A stretch of 24,000 nucleotides of DNA from Erysipelotrichaceae bacterium (GCA_017633115.1 JAGBPZ010000134.1:4852-28851); one strand, 5' to 3'. Counted from the stretch's first letter, positions 1 through 8,394 are shown. A program made the numbers and translations. Notes: generated by a model not told the origin, from the sequence alone.

Positions 1-660
1 ATTGATATGTATGTAGGTGAATCACTTAAAACTACGATAAAATCAGCGAGTGGTCAAAACTACAACAATTCTGATATAAAATACACCATTGACGATGAAT
101 CAATTGTTACAGTCGATAAGAATGGCGTAATTAAGGCTTTAAAATCTGGTATAACAAAGATAACTGCAGAAAGATTAGATGGCTATAGCGAATGCAAGAC
201 AAAAACTATTATTGTATCTTATAAAGAAATACCATTTAAGAGTGGAGATATCGTTGATAAACCAAAGGGGAATCGAAATGCGAAAATATCCTTTAATACT
301 AAAAGTATGAAGAAGAAAGGCAAAGTTGTTTATGTCTATTTGAAGAACAAGAATAAAAAAAGTAATTCTGTTGGATTTGTTCTTTCAAAAAATAAAACGA
401 CTCAAGTTAAAGTACCAACTGGTACATATGACTTATATCTAGCTCAGGGTAAATACTGGTATGGCAAGTTATACAAACTAGGTGATGATATTGAACTAAA
501 AAAGAAGAAAACAATCAAAGTTAGAAAAAAACATCAAAACCATCCACTTAAAATCAACCTCGGTAAAGCAAAAACAAAATCAAAAGATTATGATGAAGAA
601 GACGATGATGATGGTCGTCATGCAAGTGGAAGTGGATCAAAAGTAGGTATTCGCCATTAA
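1..660 (+). CDS. C-terminal part of a secreted or surface protein with a bacterial Ig-like (Big_2) domain and a lysine-rich tail; 5' end lies outside the window
   Basis: Frame 1 is open from base 1 (I-D-M-Y-V...). The segment SDIKYTIDDESIVTVDKNGVIKALKSGITKITAE is typical of a Big_2 repeat. The C-terminal 140 aa are K/N-rich and end in an acidic DYDEEDDDD patch. Stop TAA at 658-660. Confidence 0.6.
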   Translation: MDMYVGESLKTTIKSASGQNYNNSDIKYTIDDESIVTVDKNGVIKALKSGITKITAERLDGYSECKTKTIIVSYKEIPFKSGDIVDKPKGNRNAKISFNTKSMKKKGKVVYVYLKNKNKKSNSVGFVLSKNKTTQVKVPTGTYDLYLAQGKYWYGKLYKLGDDIELKKKKTIKVRKKHQNHPLKINLGKAKTKSKDYDEEDDDDGRHASGSGSKVGIRH

Positions 661-745
661 GTAATTGTTGAATGTAATCTACTTAAAAAAGCAAAGGTTG
701 AAGTTTCTAAAAGAGACATGTAAGATTATTCTTTGAGGTGGGATG

Positions 746-1588
746 ATGAAATATTTTAAATCTATTGATACAGTATTGAGTATCCTCGTTGGTAATCTAT
801 TGATGGCTTTTGCAGTAGAAGCATTTATTGCTCCATATGGAGTGATTTTAGGCGGAGCTACAGGTATCGGCCTTGTCATAGCCCATTATTCGACATTAAG
901 TCTATCTATGATTGTATTAATCGTTAATGTTGCGTTATTTATTTTAGGTTTCTTGATATTAGGTAAAACATTTGCTTTATCGACTTTAGCAGGAACGATT
1001 CTCTATCCACTGATGCTTTCTTTATTTGAACATCTTCATACTGGACCTTATACAGATAATACGTTATTGGCAGCTATCTATGGTGGTATTATTATGGGTG
1101 CGGGTGTTGGTCTGGTCTTGAGAGTAGGTAGTTCAACTGGCGGTACAGATATTATTGCTCTCATACTCAACAAATACACCCATCTTAATTTATCCATCAT
1201 ATTAGGGATACTAGATGTTGTCATCATAGCTGCTCAAATCCCATTCTCTAATTCAGAACAATTGTTATATGGAATTATCATTGTCGTATTAATGACGTTG
1301 CTTACAGATCGAATGATGTTGTTAGGAAGTTCTAAAATACAAATATTTATCATTTCCAGTGAATATGAACAAATTAGAAATTGGATTTTAACAGAGGGAG
1401 ATGCTGGCGCAACTTTATTTATGATTGAGAAAGGCTATACACGAAAAGAAGAAAAAAGTATTATGTGTATCATTCCTAGACGTAAGCTTTATGCAGTCAA
1501 ACAAAAGGTATTTGAGATTGATCCCAAGGCCTTCATGACTATAGGAGAAGTCAATGAAGTTGTTTCTAACTCAAGAGAAATTATATAA
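746..1588 (+). CDS. YitT-family integral membrane protein (YitT N-terminal membrane domain plus C-terminal DUF2179)
   Basis: Multiple TM helices, glycine-rich motifs GGATGIGLV and GSSTGGTDIIALIL, and a soluble C-terminal domain (TLFMIEKGYTRKEEKSIMCIIPRRKLYAVKQKV) typical of DUF2179. SD GAGGTG at 735-740. Tandem ATGs at 743 and 746; 746 has the better spacing. Confidence 0.8.
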   Translation: MKYFKSIDTVLSILVGNLLMAFAVEAFIAPYGVILGGATGIGLVIAHYSTLSLSMIVLIVNVALFILGFLILGKTFALSTLAGTILYPLMLSLFEHLHTGPYTDNTLLAAIYGGIIMGAGVGLVLRVGSSTGGTDIIALILNKYTHLNLSIILGILDVVIIAAQIPFSNSEQLLYGIIIVVLMTLLTDRMMLLGSSKIQIFIISSEYEQIRNWILTEGDAGATLFMIEKGYTRKEEKSIMCIIPRRKLYAVKQKVFEIDPKAFMTIGEVNEVVSNSREII

Positions 1589-1613
1589 CTATATTGAATT
1601 AAACATACAATAA

Positions 1614-1656
1614 AGAGACACCTACTCAAACAAGTGAGTTGTGTCTCTATTTTTTA
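1614..1656 (+). terminator. Rho-independent terminator of the YitT-family gene
   Basis: Stem AGAGACAC (1614-1621) pairs with GTGTCTCT (1641-1648). Inner pairs ACTCA/TGAGT extend it. Followed by ATTTTTT. Confidence 0.8.
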
Positions 1657-1890
1657 TATTAACCTTTTTGAGGGGAGGTAAGTACAATGATATAAGATTA
1701 CGTTTAAATAATACTGACTTACAATTAGTTAAAATTGTCTTTGGTTAAAAAAGTCAGAATTCATACAAATAATATAAACATTCAATGAATTTTAAATTTA
1801 AATGTTTAATAACATTGATTGTCGAATTAGAATATTTAACTCCAGAAAACATAGGGGCTTACCTATTTTGGGAATTAAATTATATTATTT

Positions 1891-1918
1891 ACTTCGCATA
1901 ATGTATATTATGTAATTT
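1891..1918. other. dif: dif, the XerC/XerD chromosome dimer resolution site: ACTTCGCATAA-TGTATA-TTATGTAATTT
   Basis: The layout is 11-bp arm, 6-bp spacer, 11-bp arm. It has 22/28 identity to E. coli dif GGTGCGCATAATGTATATTATGTTAAAT, with the central TGTATA and inner arm bases GCATAA / TTATGT identical. It also has 22/28 identity to B. subtilis dif ACTTCCTAGAATATATATTATGTAAACT. Both reference sequences are recalled from memory. 26/28 positions match one or the other. It is intergenic, at a convergent gene-orientation switch. Confidence 0.8.
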
Positions 1919-2304
1919 ATATAGAATGCAAAATCACGTTTTATATGATTGGTTCATTATTAACCTATGTATAACAAATCGTACGTTTGTTAGTTTTTAA
2001 GTTAATTCTATTTATATGGTTATCTGTCGCCTGATTTTTCTTGTACCTAATGTGTTTTCTAATTTATAATTTCTTTTATTATAGTTCATTGTATTCATCA
2101 CTAATCGTTATTCTACATATTTTTGTTTGGTCGAATATAATTACCTGACTATAAATTTTCTTATATTCAATACGTATGACTAATTATTTACTTGATTGTA
2201 ATCAGGTTGATCTAAGAATGTAAATATGATCAATTTCTTTTTAATAATAATGTTTAACGAATTTAGGACACAAAATCCGTATTCTGAAAATCCTAAATTT
2301 ATTT

Positions 2305-2335
2305 ATAATAAAAAGAATGTTGATCAACATTCTTT
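2305..2335 (-). terminator. Rho-independent terminator closing the dinB-xerD-deoB-small ORF transcription unit
   Basis: Perfect 24-nt palindrome AAAGAATGTTGATCAACATTCTTT (2312-2335): 10-bp stem with GATC loop. On the minus strand it runs into TTTTTATTAT. It overlaps the TAA stop of the 90-aa ORF. Confidence 0.75.
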
Positions 2336-2606
2336 AAATATGAGTACTTATAAGATAAAACGTAATAAATGCTTCAAAAAGAATAATCAAACCCATAAGG
2401 TAAAGATTAATGTTTTGCTTGCTTTTTTTATTGCTGGCTCTTAAGGCTAAAAATGCTGCAACAAATAACAAAGTTGCTATTAGATAATACATCAAATCAA
2501 CAATGAAAGCGTGATTAGAAATGGTAATACCAAATAGGAATAACATCCATCCAAGCAGTACTCCTGCTAAGGATACCAAAACAACACGTCTAATTTCGTT
2601 TTCCAT
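2334..2606 (-). CDS. Small hypothetical membrane protein (90 aa, about 3 TM helices)
   Basis: Three hydrophobic stretches (VVLVSLAGVLLGWMLFLFGI, LMYYLIATLLFVAAFLAL, LYLMGLIILFEAFITFYLI). Its start ATG overlaps the deoB stop as TAATG, suggesting translational coupling. No recognisable family. Confidence 0.55.
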   Translation of the reverse strand: MENEIRRVVLVSLAGVLLGWMLFLFGITISNHAFIVDLMYYLIATLLFVAAFLALRASNKKSKQNINLYLMGLIILFEAFITFYLISTHI

Positions 2607-3805
2607 TAATCAACCCTGCCTAACTGATTAAGAATGGATTCACCAATACCTGGATTATTGACGTTAAAGTTTTCAGCAACTGTTGCACCTATCACACCAT
2701 AGCTTTCTAATAATCCCAGGTACTTAGGATGTGCAAGAGATTTGCTATAGATTAGTAATGGAACATGTTCTCTTGTATGATCTGTACCTGTCCATGTTGG
2801 ATCATTGCCATGATCTGCCGTAATCATTAATAAGTCATCTTCGTTCATACCAGCCATAAATGCATCTAGTTGAGAATCAAATGCTTCAATTGCATCACCA
2901 TAACCAATTGGATTGCGACGATGACCATATACTGCATCAAAATCAACTAAGTTGACAAAACATAGACCTGTGAAATCTTTTTTCAAGAGTTCGATAGTTT
3001 TATTCATGCCATCTTCATTAGATTTTGTTAATGTCGAATTTGTAATCCCCTTGTTTACAAATATGTCAGAGATCTTACCAACCGCTTCTACCTCTAAACC
3101 ATTTTCTTTAAGAACATCCATAACAGTTGTACCAAAAGGTTCTAAAGCATAGTCGTGTCGGTTTGCTGTTCTTTGGAAATGACCTTTACTTGTTCCGATA
3201 TATGGACGAGCGATAACGCGCCCTACTTTCCATTCGTCTCTCATCAAAAGTTCTCTGGCAATATGGCATGCTTCATAGAGTTCTTCTAAAGGAATCACAT
3301 CTTCATGGGCAGCAATCTGAAATACAGAGTCAGCTGATGTATAAACGATCCAGTCACCAGTTTGCATCTGATGTTCACCCCAGTCGTCAAGTATTTTGGT
3401 CCCACTTTCTGCATAATTGGCAACACATTTTCTGCCTGTTTTTTCTTCGAACAATTTGATGAATTCTTCTGGGAAACCTGTATCAGTAAATGTTTTAAAA
3501 GGTTTTGTAATTTTTAAGCCCATCATTTCCCAATGACCTGTCATCGTGTCTTTACCGCTTGAGACTTCTCTTAAAGCAGCTACACTTCCTAATGGATATT
3601 TAACAGGAGGAATGCCTTTAAAATCACCTAAAAGACCAAGTCCGATGCCTTCCATGTTTTCAACGTTCAGCCCGTTTTTAGCTTCACAAATATGGGCTAT
3701 TGTATTAGAACCTTCATCACCAAATTCTTTTGCATCTTCAGCGTTACCGATACCCATAGAATCACATACGATCACAAATATTCTTTTATATAAATAATCA
3801 GACAT
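2606..3805 (-). CDS. deoB: Phosphopentomutase
   Basis: 399 aa. N-terminus KRIFVIVCDSMGIG, GKDTMTGHWEMMG and ITADHGNDPT motifs are typical of alkaline-phosphatase-superfamily DeoB. SD AAGGAG lies 8 nt upstream, inside the xerD 3' end. Confidence 0.95.
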   Translation of the reverse strand: MSDYLYKRIFVIVCDSMGIGNAEDAKEFGDEGSNTIAHICEAKNGLNVENMEGIGLGLLGDFKGIPPVKYPLGSVAALREVSSGKDTMTGHWEMMGLKITKPFKTFTDTGFPEEFIKLFEEKTGRKCVANYAESGTKILDDWGEHQMQTGDWIVYTSADSVFQIAAHEDVIPLEELYEACHIARELLMRDEWKVGRVIARPYIGTSKGHFQRTANRHDYALEPFGTTVMDVLKENGLEVEAVGKISDIFVNKGITNSTLTKSNEDGMNKTIELLKKDFTGLCFVNLVDFDAVYGHRRNPIGYGDAIEAFDSQLDAFMAGMNEDDLLMITADHGNDPTWTGTDHTREHVPLLIYSKSLAHPKYLGLLESYGVIGATVAENFNVNNPGIGESILNQLGRVD

Positions 3806-3810
3806 AAGTA

Positions 3811-4692
3811 CTACTCCTTTTTTCTATTACCTGGATGAAACTGTTGATAGTCATTAAAAATCTTTTGGTTTGATACATGTGTATAAATCGTTGTTGTTGA
3901 GATATCACTATGACCAAGCAATTCCTGTATGGAACGTAAGTCTGCGTCATTGTTCAACATAGTTGTGGCAAACGTATGACGCAGCATATGTGGTGTCACT
4001 TTTTTGACACCTGCCACTTGACCAATATGACGTAAAATACCATAAAAGTTTTCCCTTGATATAGGTTGACCTTTCTTTGTCATAAAGAGCCATTGACTTG
4101 ATTGAACATTAAGTTCTTTACGTTCGTTATACATATAACCCTTCAAGATATCACATGTCGTATCGTCTATTGGAATCAATCTTTCTTTGTTTCCTTTACC
4201 AATGACATGTAGCATTTTTGCTCTTAAATTGACGTCATTTGTAGTTAAATTAACGAGTTCACTTACACGTATACCTGTTGCCATTAATAAGAGAATCATT
4301 GCATAATTACGGACATCGACTGGTTCATCGCCAAGTGTTTTCAGCATTTTTGCGATATCATTCATTGTGAGAACATCTGGTAAATGCTGAGGCAACTTTG
4401 GTAAGTCAAAGTTTTCCATGATGTTTTGGTCAACAATATCATCTTTACGCAAATAAAGAAAAAGCTGTCTTAACGCAACAATTTTGCGTTGTCTCGATCT
4501 TGGTGCATAATCTCTAATCGCAAGTAAATAAGATTGAATATGATCCTTTGTTAAATCATTCACATCATTAACTTGAACAATATTTGCAAAATCAATCAAA
4601 TCACGTAAATAGCCTTCTACGGTATGATCGGATAAGCCTTTTTCAAGTTTTAAGTAGATTTTAAATTCTTTTAATGCTTCAACCATCTTCAT
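3811..4692 (-). CDS. xerD: Tyrosine site-specific recombinase XerD (XerC/XerD family)
   Basis: 293 aa. N-terminal SAM-like domain (YLKLEKGLSDHTVEGYLRDL). Catalytic region GIRVSELVNL ... HMLRHTFATTML ... LLGHSDISTTTIYTHV with the terminal Tyr. xerD-deoB adjacency matches B. subtilis ripX-drm. XerD versus XerC cannot be proven from sequence alone. Confidence 0.85.
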   Translation of the reverse strand: MKMVEALKEFKIYLKLEKGLSDHTVEGYLRDLIDFANIVQVNDVNDLTKDHIQSYLLAIRDYAPRSRQRKIVALRQLFLYLRKDDIVDQNIMENFDLPKLPQHLPDVLTMNDIAKMLKTLGDEPVDVRNYAMILLLMATGIRVSELVNLTTNDVNLRAKMLHVIGKGNKERLIPIDDTTCDILKGYMYNERKELNVQSSQWLFMTKKGQPISRENFYGILRHIGQVAGVKKVTPHMLRHTFATTMLNNDADLRSIQELLGHSDISTTTIYTHVSNQKIFNDYQQFHPGNRKKE

Positions 4693-4712
4693 CGTTTTTA
4701 CCTGCCATGATT

Positions 4713-4721
4713 ATTATAGCA
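4713..4721 (-). promoter_or_regulatory. Candidate extended -10 promoter (TGCTATAAT) upstream of xerD
   Basis: The minus strand reads ATGCTATAATAATCATGGCAGGTAAAAACG-ATG. This is a TGnTATAAT element 20 nt before the xerD ATG. No good -35 is present. Confidence 0.4.
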
Positions 4722-4738
4722 TTTTGTCATTTTGACAT

Positions 4739-5914
4739 CTATGATTTTACTTGGTCTTTGTTTTTCAACAAATCACTTGCGTGTTTAAGTACATCTTTAT
4801 GTTCATCAACTATTTTTTCGATTTCATTATTGGGATCTTGGACATGTTTATCAAAGATTGTTGTTTGAATATAAACCTGATTTCTAGGCATCACTTTATT
4901 CATTGTTAAACCTATTAGTCTGATTGGTTCATTATTATAAGATTCTCTCAGCAGCATTAAAGCATAAGCATATAAGATTTCTTCCTGATCTGTATAATTG
5001 TTCATAATCATCGATCTTTGAATTGTGTGAAAAGTGTTGTCACGTAAAGTAATCGATATATTTTTTGAAATCAGATTACGAGCTTTAGCGCGTTTAGAGA
5101 CGCTATGAGCAAGTTTTTTGAACTCTTGAGATAAAAGCTCCTCCCCTACTATATCGCGCTCAAATGTATGCGAATTACCAACAGATTTAGGATCATACGG
5201 TTGATAATCGACATCACGCATATCACGTCCATTTGCACGATTATAATAAATAAGTGCTGAACTGCCTAATATAGTTTTAAGTGTTTGATAGTTATTGCCA
5301 TTAGCGATATCACCAATGGTCAATATACCTGCTTCCTTGAGTTTTGGCGCTGTCTTTTTACCAATACCATGCATGTCATCAACTGGCATTGGCCATAAGA
5401 CATCTTTAATATTATTTTTTGTAATAATCGTAATACCCATTGGCTTTTTAAGATCAGAAGCCATTTTACTAAGAAATTTATTTGGTGATATACCGATTGA
5501 ACAGCTAATACCTATTTCACTGAAGACGGACTTTTGTATTTCATCAGCTATGACATAAGGCTGAATTTGTCTTTCCTCAATATAGTTACTCATATCCACA
5601 TAACATTCATCAATACTAGCTTTTTCTACATAAGGACTATAGCGTTTGACAATATTGAAGAATTTTTGGGAAAGACTACGATAATACTCAAAATCCGGTC
5701 GTACGATAATCAAATGGCGGCATAACTTTTTAGCCTGCATGATTGGCATGGCAGAATGAATCCCATATTGACGTGCTTCATAAGATGCAGTTGCACACAC
5801 ACTACGAGGCGCATCATGACCAACGACTACTGGTTTACCTTTATATTCGGGATGTCGTAATAACTCAGCGCTTACAAAGAAAGCGTTCAAGTCAATATGG
5901 AATATAACCTTCAT
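4739..5914 (-). CDS. dinB: DNA polymerase IV (Y-family translesion polymerase)
   Basis: 391 aa. N-terminus MKVIFHIDLNAFFVSAE, SIDECYVDM, and GIGKKTAPKL helix-hairpin-helix are characteristic of DinB. SD GAGGT lies 7 nt upstream. Confidence 0.9.
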   Translation of the reverse strand: MKVIFHIDLNAFFVSAELLRHPEYKGKPVVVGHDAPRSVCATASYEARQYGIHSAMPIMQAKKLCRHLIIVRPDFEYYRSLSQKFFNIVKRYSPYVEKASIDECYVDMSNYIEERQIQPYVIADEIQKSVFSEIGISCSIGISPNKFLSKMASDLKKPMGITIITKNNIKDVLWPMPVDDMHGIGKKTAPKLKEAGILTIGDIANGNNYQTLKTILGSSALIYYNRANGRDMRDVDYQPYDPKSVGNSHTFERDIVGEELLSQEFKKLAHSVSKRAKARNLISKNISITLRDNTFHTIQRSMIMNNYTDQEEILYAYALMLLRESYNNEPIRLIGLTMNKVMPRNQVYIQTTIFDKHVQDPNNEIEKIVDEHKDVLKHASDLLKNKDQVKS

Positions 5915-5924
5915 TCTCTTACCT

Positions 5925-5952
5925 CTACAAAGAAAGCCCCCAATGGGAGCTG
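5925..5952 (-). terminator. Probable terminator or attenuating hairpin after recN
   Basis: The minus strand reads AGCTCCC-ATT-GGGGGCT (7 bp including one G-U pair) followed by TTCTTTG. It lies directly after the recN TAA and directly before the dinB SD. Confidence 0.55.
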
Positions 5953-5953
5953 A

Positions 5954-7591
5954 TTATTTTAATAATGATTTCGCATTGGCAATGGCATCATCACTGATTT
6001 CATCACCTGACAGCATTTTCGCAATTTCAATAATGCGTTCATCTTCGTTAAGCAATGCCATACTTGTATAAGTGGCATCATCATCAGTCGCTTTCATAAT
6101 AGCATAATGATGCTGTCCATAAACTGCTACCTGAGGTAGATGTGTGATACAAATAACTTGTTTGCTTTGACCAAGAATGGCCATCTTACTACCAATCGCA
6201 TCAGCAACTTTACCTGAAACACCAGTATCGACTTCATCAAATATAATTGTATCAATAGCACTGTCAACTAAAGTGATAATCTTGATAGCAAGCATTAAAC
6301 GCGAAATTTCACCACCACTTGCAGATTCATTAAGTGGTGTATATGATTGACCTTTATTCATGGCTACTGTTAATGTCACATTATCTGAACCATCTGCATG
6401 AAGTGGCACTTGTTTGAAGTCAACTTTCAAATTCGCATTTGTCAGATAGAGATCATTCAATTGTTGTTTGATCTCTTTTTCAAATGCATGAGCACCCTTT
6501 AAGCGGATATCATGAAGAACCTTAGCCTGATTATGAGCCTGGTTATAAACTTGATCACGTTTATGATAGAGTTCATTTAAGATTTCTTCACGATGAGTTG
6601 CACGCTGAATCTTCATCTCTAAATCATCACGGGCTTGATAGATATCATCCATCGAATAGCCATATCTGCGTTTTAAACGTTGAATTTGATAAAGTTGTTC
6701 CTGGATTTCATTATAGCGATATTCATCAAACTCATAGCTGTTGAAGCGATTCATGATAGCGTCATAAATATCACTTAAACCATAATAAGTATCATAAAGA
6801 CGATCATATTCATCACTGAATCCATCCACACCGCCAAGTATGTGCAGTGCTTCATTCAGTTTATCAAGGACCTGATTGTCGCCATCAATCAATTGGCTGA
6901 TTGAGCGAATAGACTCATGAATCGTTTCATAGTTTTTCATGATGTCTGCTGTGTCTTCAAGCTCCTGAACATCGTCATCAGACAAATCTAAATCTTTTAA
7001 CTCATCAAATTGGGCCTGATAGAACTCAATCTGTTCATCAGAAAAATCCTCTTCTTCAAGCTTTTTGATTTCTTTCTCTAACTCGCGATAACGTCCATAA
7101 TACTGTTTATAAGCTTGTAAGGCTTCATCAATTTCATTACCAATATAATGATCAAGTATTTGAATATGACGCTTAATATTGAATAATGACTGTGTTTCAA
7201 ATTGTGAATGAATATGAATCAGATGAGGTGCGAGAAGCTTTAACGCCTGATTGGTGACAGGTCGATAGTTAATACGAATTGTTGACTTTCCTTTAGCATC
7301 GATGGTCTTTGTAATAATTGTTTCATCTTCAAAACTTAATCCTAATTCCTCAAAGATGTCGACAAGTTCTTGTGTTTCTGACAAGGCGAAAATACCTTGT
7401 ATAATGGCTTTTGAGCAACCTTTTCTTACAAATGAAGCGGAAGCTCTGTTACCACATAATTGGCCTATAGCGTCAATTATAATTGATTTACCAGCACCTG
7501 TTTCACCTGTTAAGACAGACATTGAATCCTCAAAATCAACATTTAATTCATCAATAATCACAAAGGAAGAAATATATAAACTTTTAAGCAT
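5954..7591 (-). CDS. recN: DNA repair protein RecN (SMC-like ATPase)
   Basis: 545 aa. Walker A GETGAGKSIIIDA at the N-terminus, long coiled-coil middle, signature ASGGEISRLMLA, and Walker B IIFDEVDTG. SD AAGGAGGA lies 8 nt upstream. Confidence 0.95.
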   Translation of the reverse strand: MLKSLYISSFVIIDELNVDFEDSMSVLTGETGAGKSIIIDAIGQLCGNRASASFVRKGCSKAIIQGIFALSETQELVDIFEELGLSFEDETIITKTIDAKGKSTIRINYRPVTNQALKLLAPHLIHIHSQFETQSLFNIKRHIQILDHYIGNEIDEALQAYKQYYGRYRELEKEIKKLEEEDFSDEQIEFYQAQFDELKDLDLSDDDVQELEDTADIMKNYETIHESIRSISQLIDGDNQVLDKLNEALHILGGVDGFSDEYDRLYDTYYGLSDIYDAIMNRFNSYEFDEYRYNEIQEQLYQIQRLKRRYGYSMDDIYQARDDLEMKIQRATHREEILNELYHKRDQVYNQAHNQAKVLHDIRLKGAHAFEKEIKQQLNDLYLTNANLKVDFKQVPLHADGSDNVTLTVAMNKGQSYTPLNESASGGEISRLMLAIKIITLVDSAIDTIIFDEVDTGVSGKVADAIGSKMAILGQSKQVICITHLPQVAVYGQHHYAIMKATDDDATYTSMALLNEDERIIEIAKMLSGDEISDDAIANAKSLLK

Positions 7592-7593
7592 AT

Positions 7594-8394
7594 CTAATGT
7601 CCTCCTTTAAGTCGCTGTGATTGTTTGATCACATCATCAATATCTATGGCCTTACTTTCGCTCCCCACAACAAAATACCCGAGAAATTCAATATTACCCT
7701 TACCACCAGTAATTGGTGAATAAGTTAAACCTTGAATGCCAAAACCGCAAGCCTGAGCGTATTGAATCACTTGTTCAATAACACGTTTATGGACTTTGAT
7801 ATCACGAACGATTCCGTTTTTACCAACATCTTCGCGTCCAGCTTCGAATTGTGGTTTAATAAGTGCGGCGATTTGGCAACCCTCACTGACAATATGTTCA
7901 AGAGCTGTAAACATATGTTTAAGGGAAATAAAGGAAACATCAATTGAGACAAAATCAATTGTATCATTATTGAAGTCTTCCTTAGTTGCATAACGGAAAT
8001 TCATTTTTTCCATTGAAATAACACGTTCATCATTTCTCAATTTCCATGCCAATTGATTTGTTCCAACATCTACTGCATACACTTTAGCTGCTCCATTTTG
8101 CAGAGCACAATCTGTAAATCCTCCTGTAGATGCACCAATATCAAGCATCGTTAAGCCACTAAGTGAAATGTGGAATGTTTCAATAGCTTTCTCAAGTTTT
8201 AGACCACCTCTTGAAACATATCTAAGCGTTTCACCTTTAATAAACAGTTCTGTTTCTGCATCGATTTTCATTCCTGGCTTATCGAGACGTTCATGATCAC
8301 TATGAATAAGTCCTGCCATAATAGCTCGCTTTGCTTTTTCACGCGATTCAAACAGACCCTGTTGAACACATAATACATCAACTCGTTCTTTCAC
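7594..8394 (-). CDS. tlyA: TlyA / YqxC-family 16S/23S rRNA (cytidine-2'-O)-methyltransferase (S4 domain plus FtsJ fold)
   Basis: 266 aa. S4-like N-terminus (RVDVLCVQQGLFESREKAKRAIMAG) and SAM-binding motif LDIGASTGGFTD. GTG start at 8392-8394 with SD GAGGAG 7 nt upstream. Overlaps the dxs 3' end by 17 nt. Confidence 0.85.
   Translation of the reverse strand: MKERVDVLCVQQGLFESREKAKRAIMAGLIHSDHERLDKPGMKIDAETELFIKGETLRYVSRGGLKLEKAIETFHISLSGLTMLDIGASTGGFTDCALQNGAAKVYAVDVGTNQLAWKLRNDERVISMEKMNFRYATKEDFNNDTIDFVSIDVSFISLKHMFTALEHIVSEGCQIAALIKPQFEAGREDVGKNGIVRDIKVHKRVIEQVIQYAQACGFGIQGLTYSPITGGKGNIEFLGYFVVGSESKAIDIDDVIKQSQRLKGGH

Noticed and set aside
1785-1901. 38-codon + strand ORF (MNFKFKCLITLIVELEYLTPENIGAYLFWELNYIIYFA) and an antisense 32-codon ORF (about 1773-1871) in the spacer. 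I considered them as a type I toxin-antitoxin-like pair.
   Set aside because: Neither has a usable SD, and the + ORF runs into the dif left arm. Open frames of this size are expected by chance. No charged C-terminal tail or promoter architecture typical of type I toxins is present.
2038-2124. 28-codon minus-strand ORF (MNTMNYNKRNYKLENTLGTRKIRRQITI) in the spacer
   Set aside because: It has no SD and no hydrophobic or recognisable peptide features. It is likely random.
5915-7760. Search for a LexA/Cheo box (CGAAC-N4-GTTCG) upstream of dinB and recN
   Set aside because: No match is better than GAACAAGTGATT (two mismatches in the second half-site), and that lies inside tlyA. There is no support for an SOS operator in this window.
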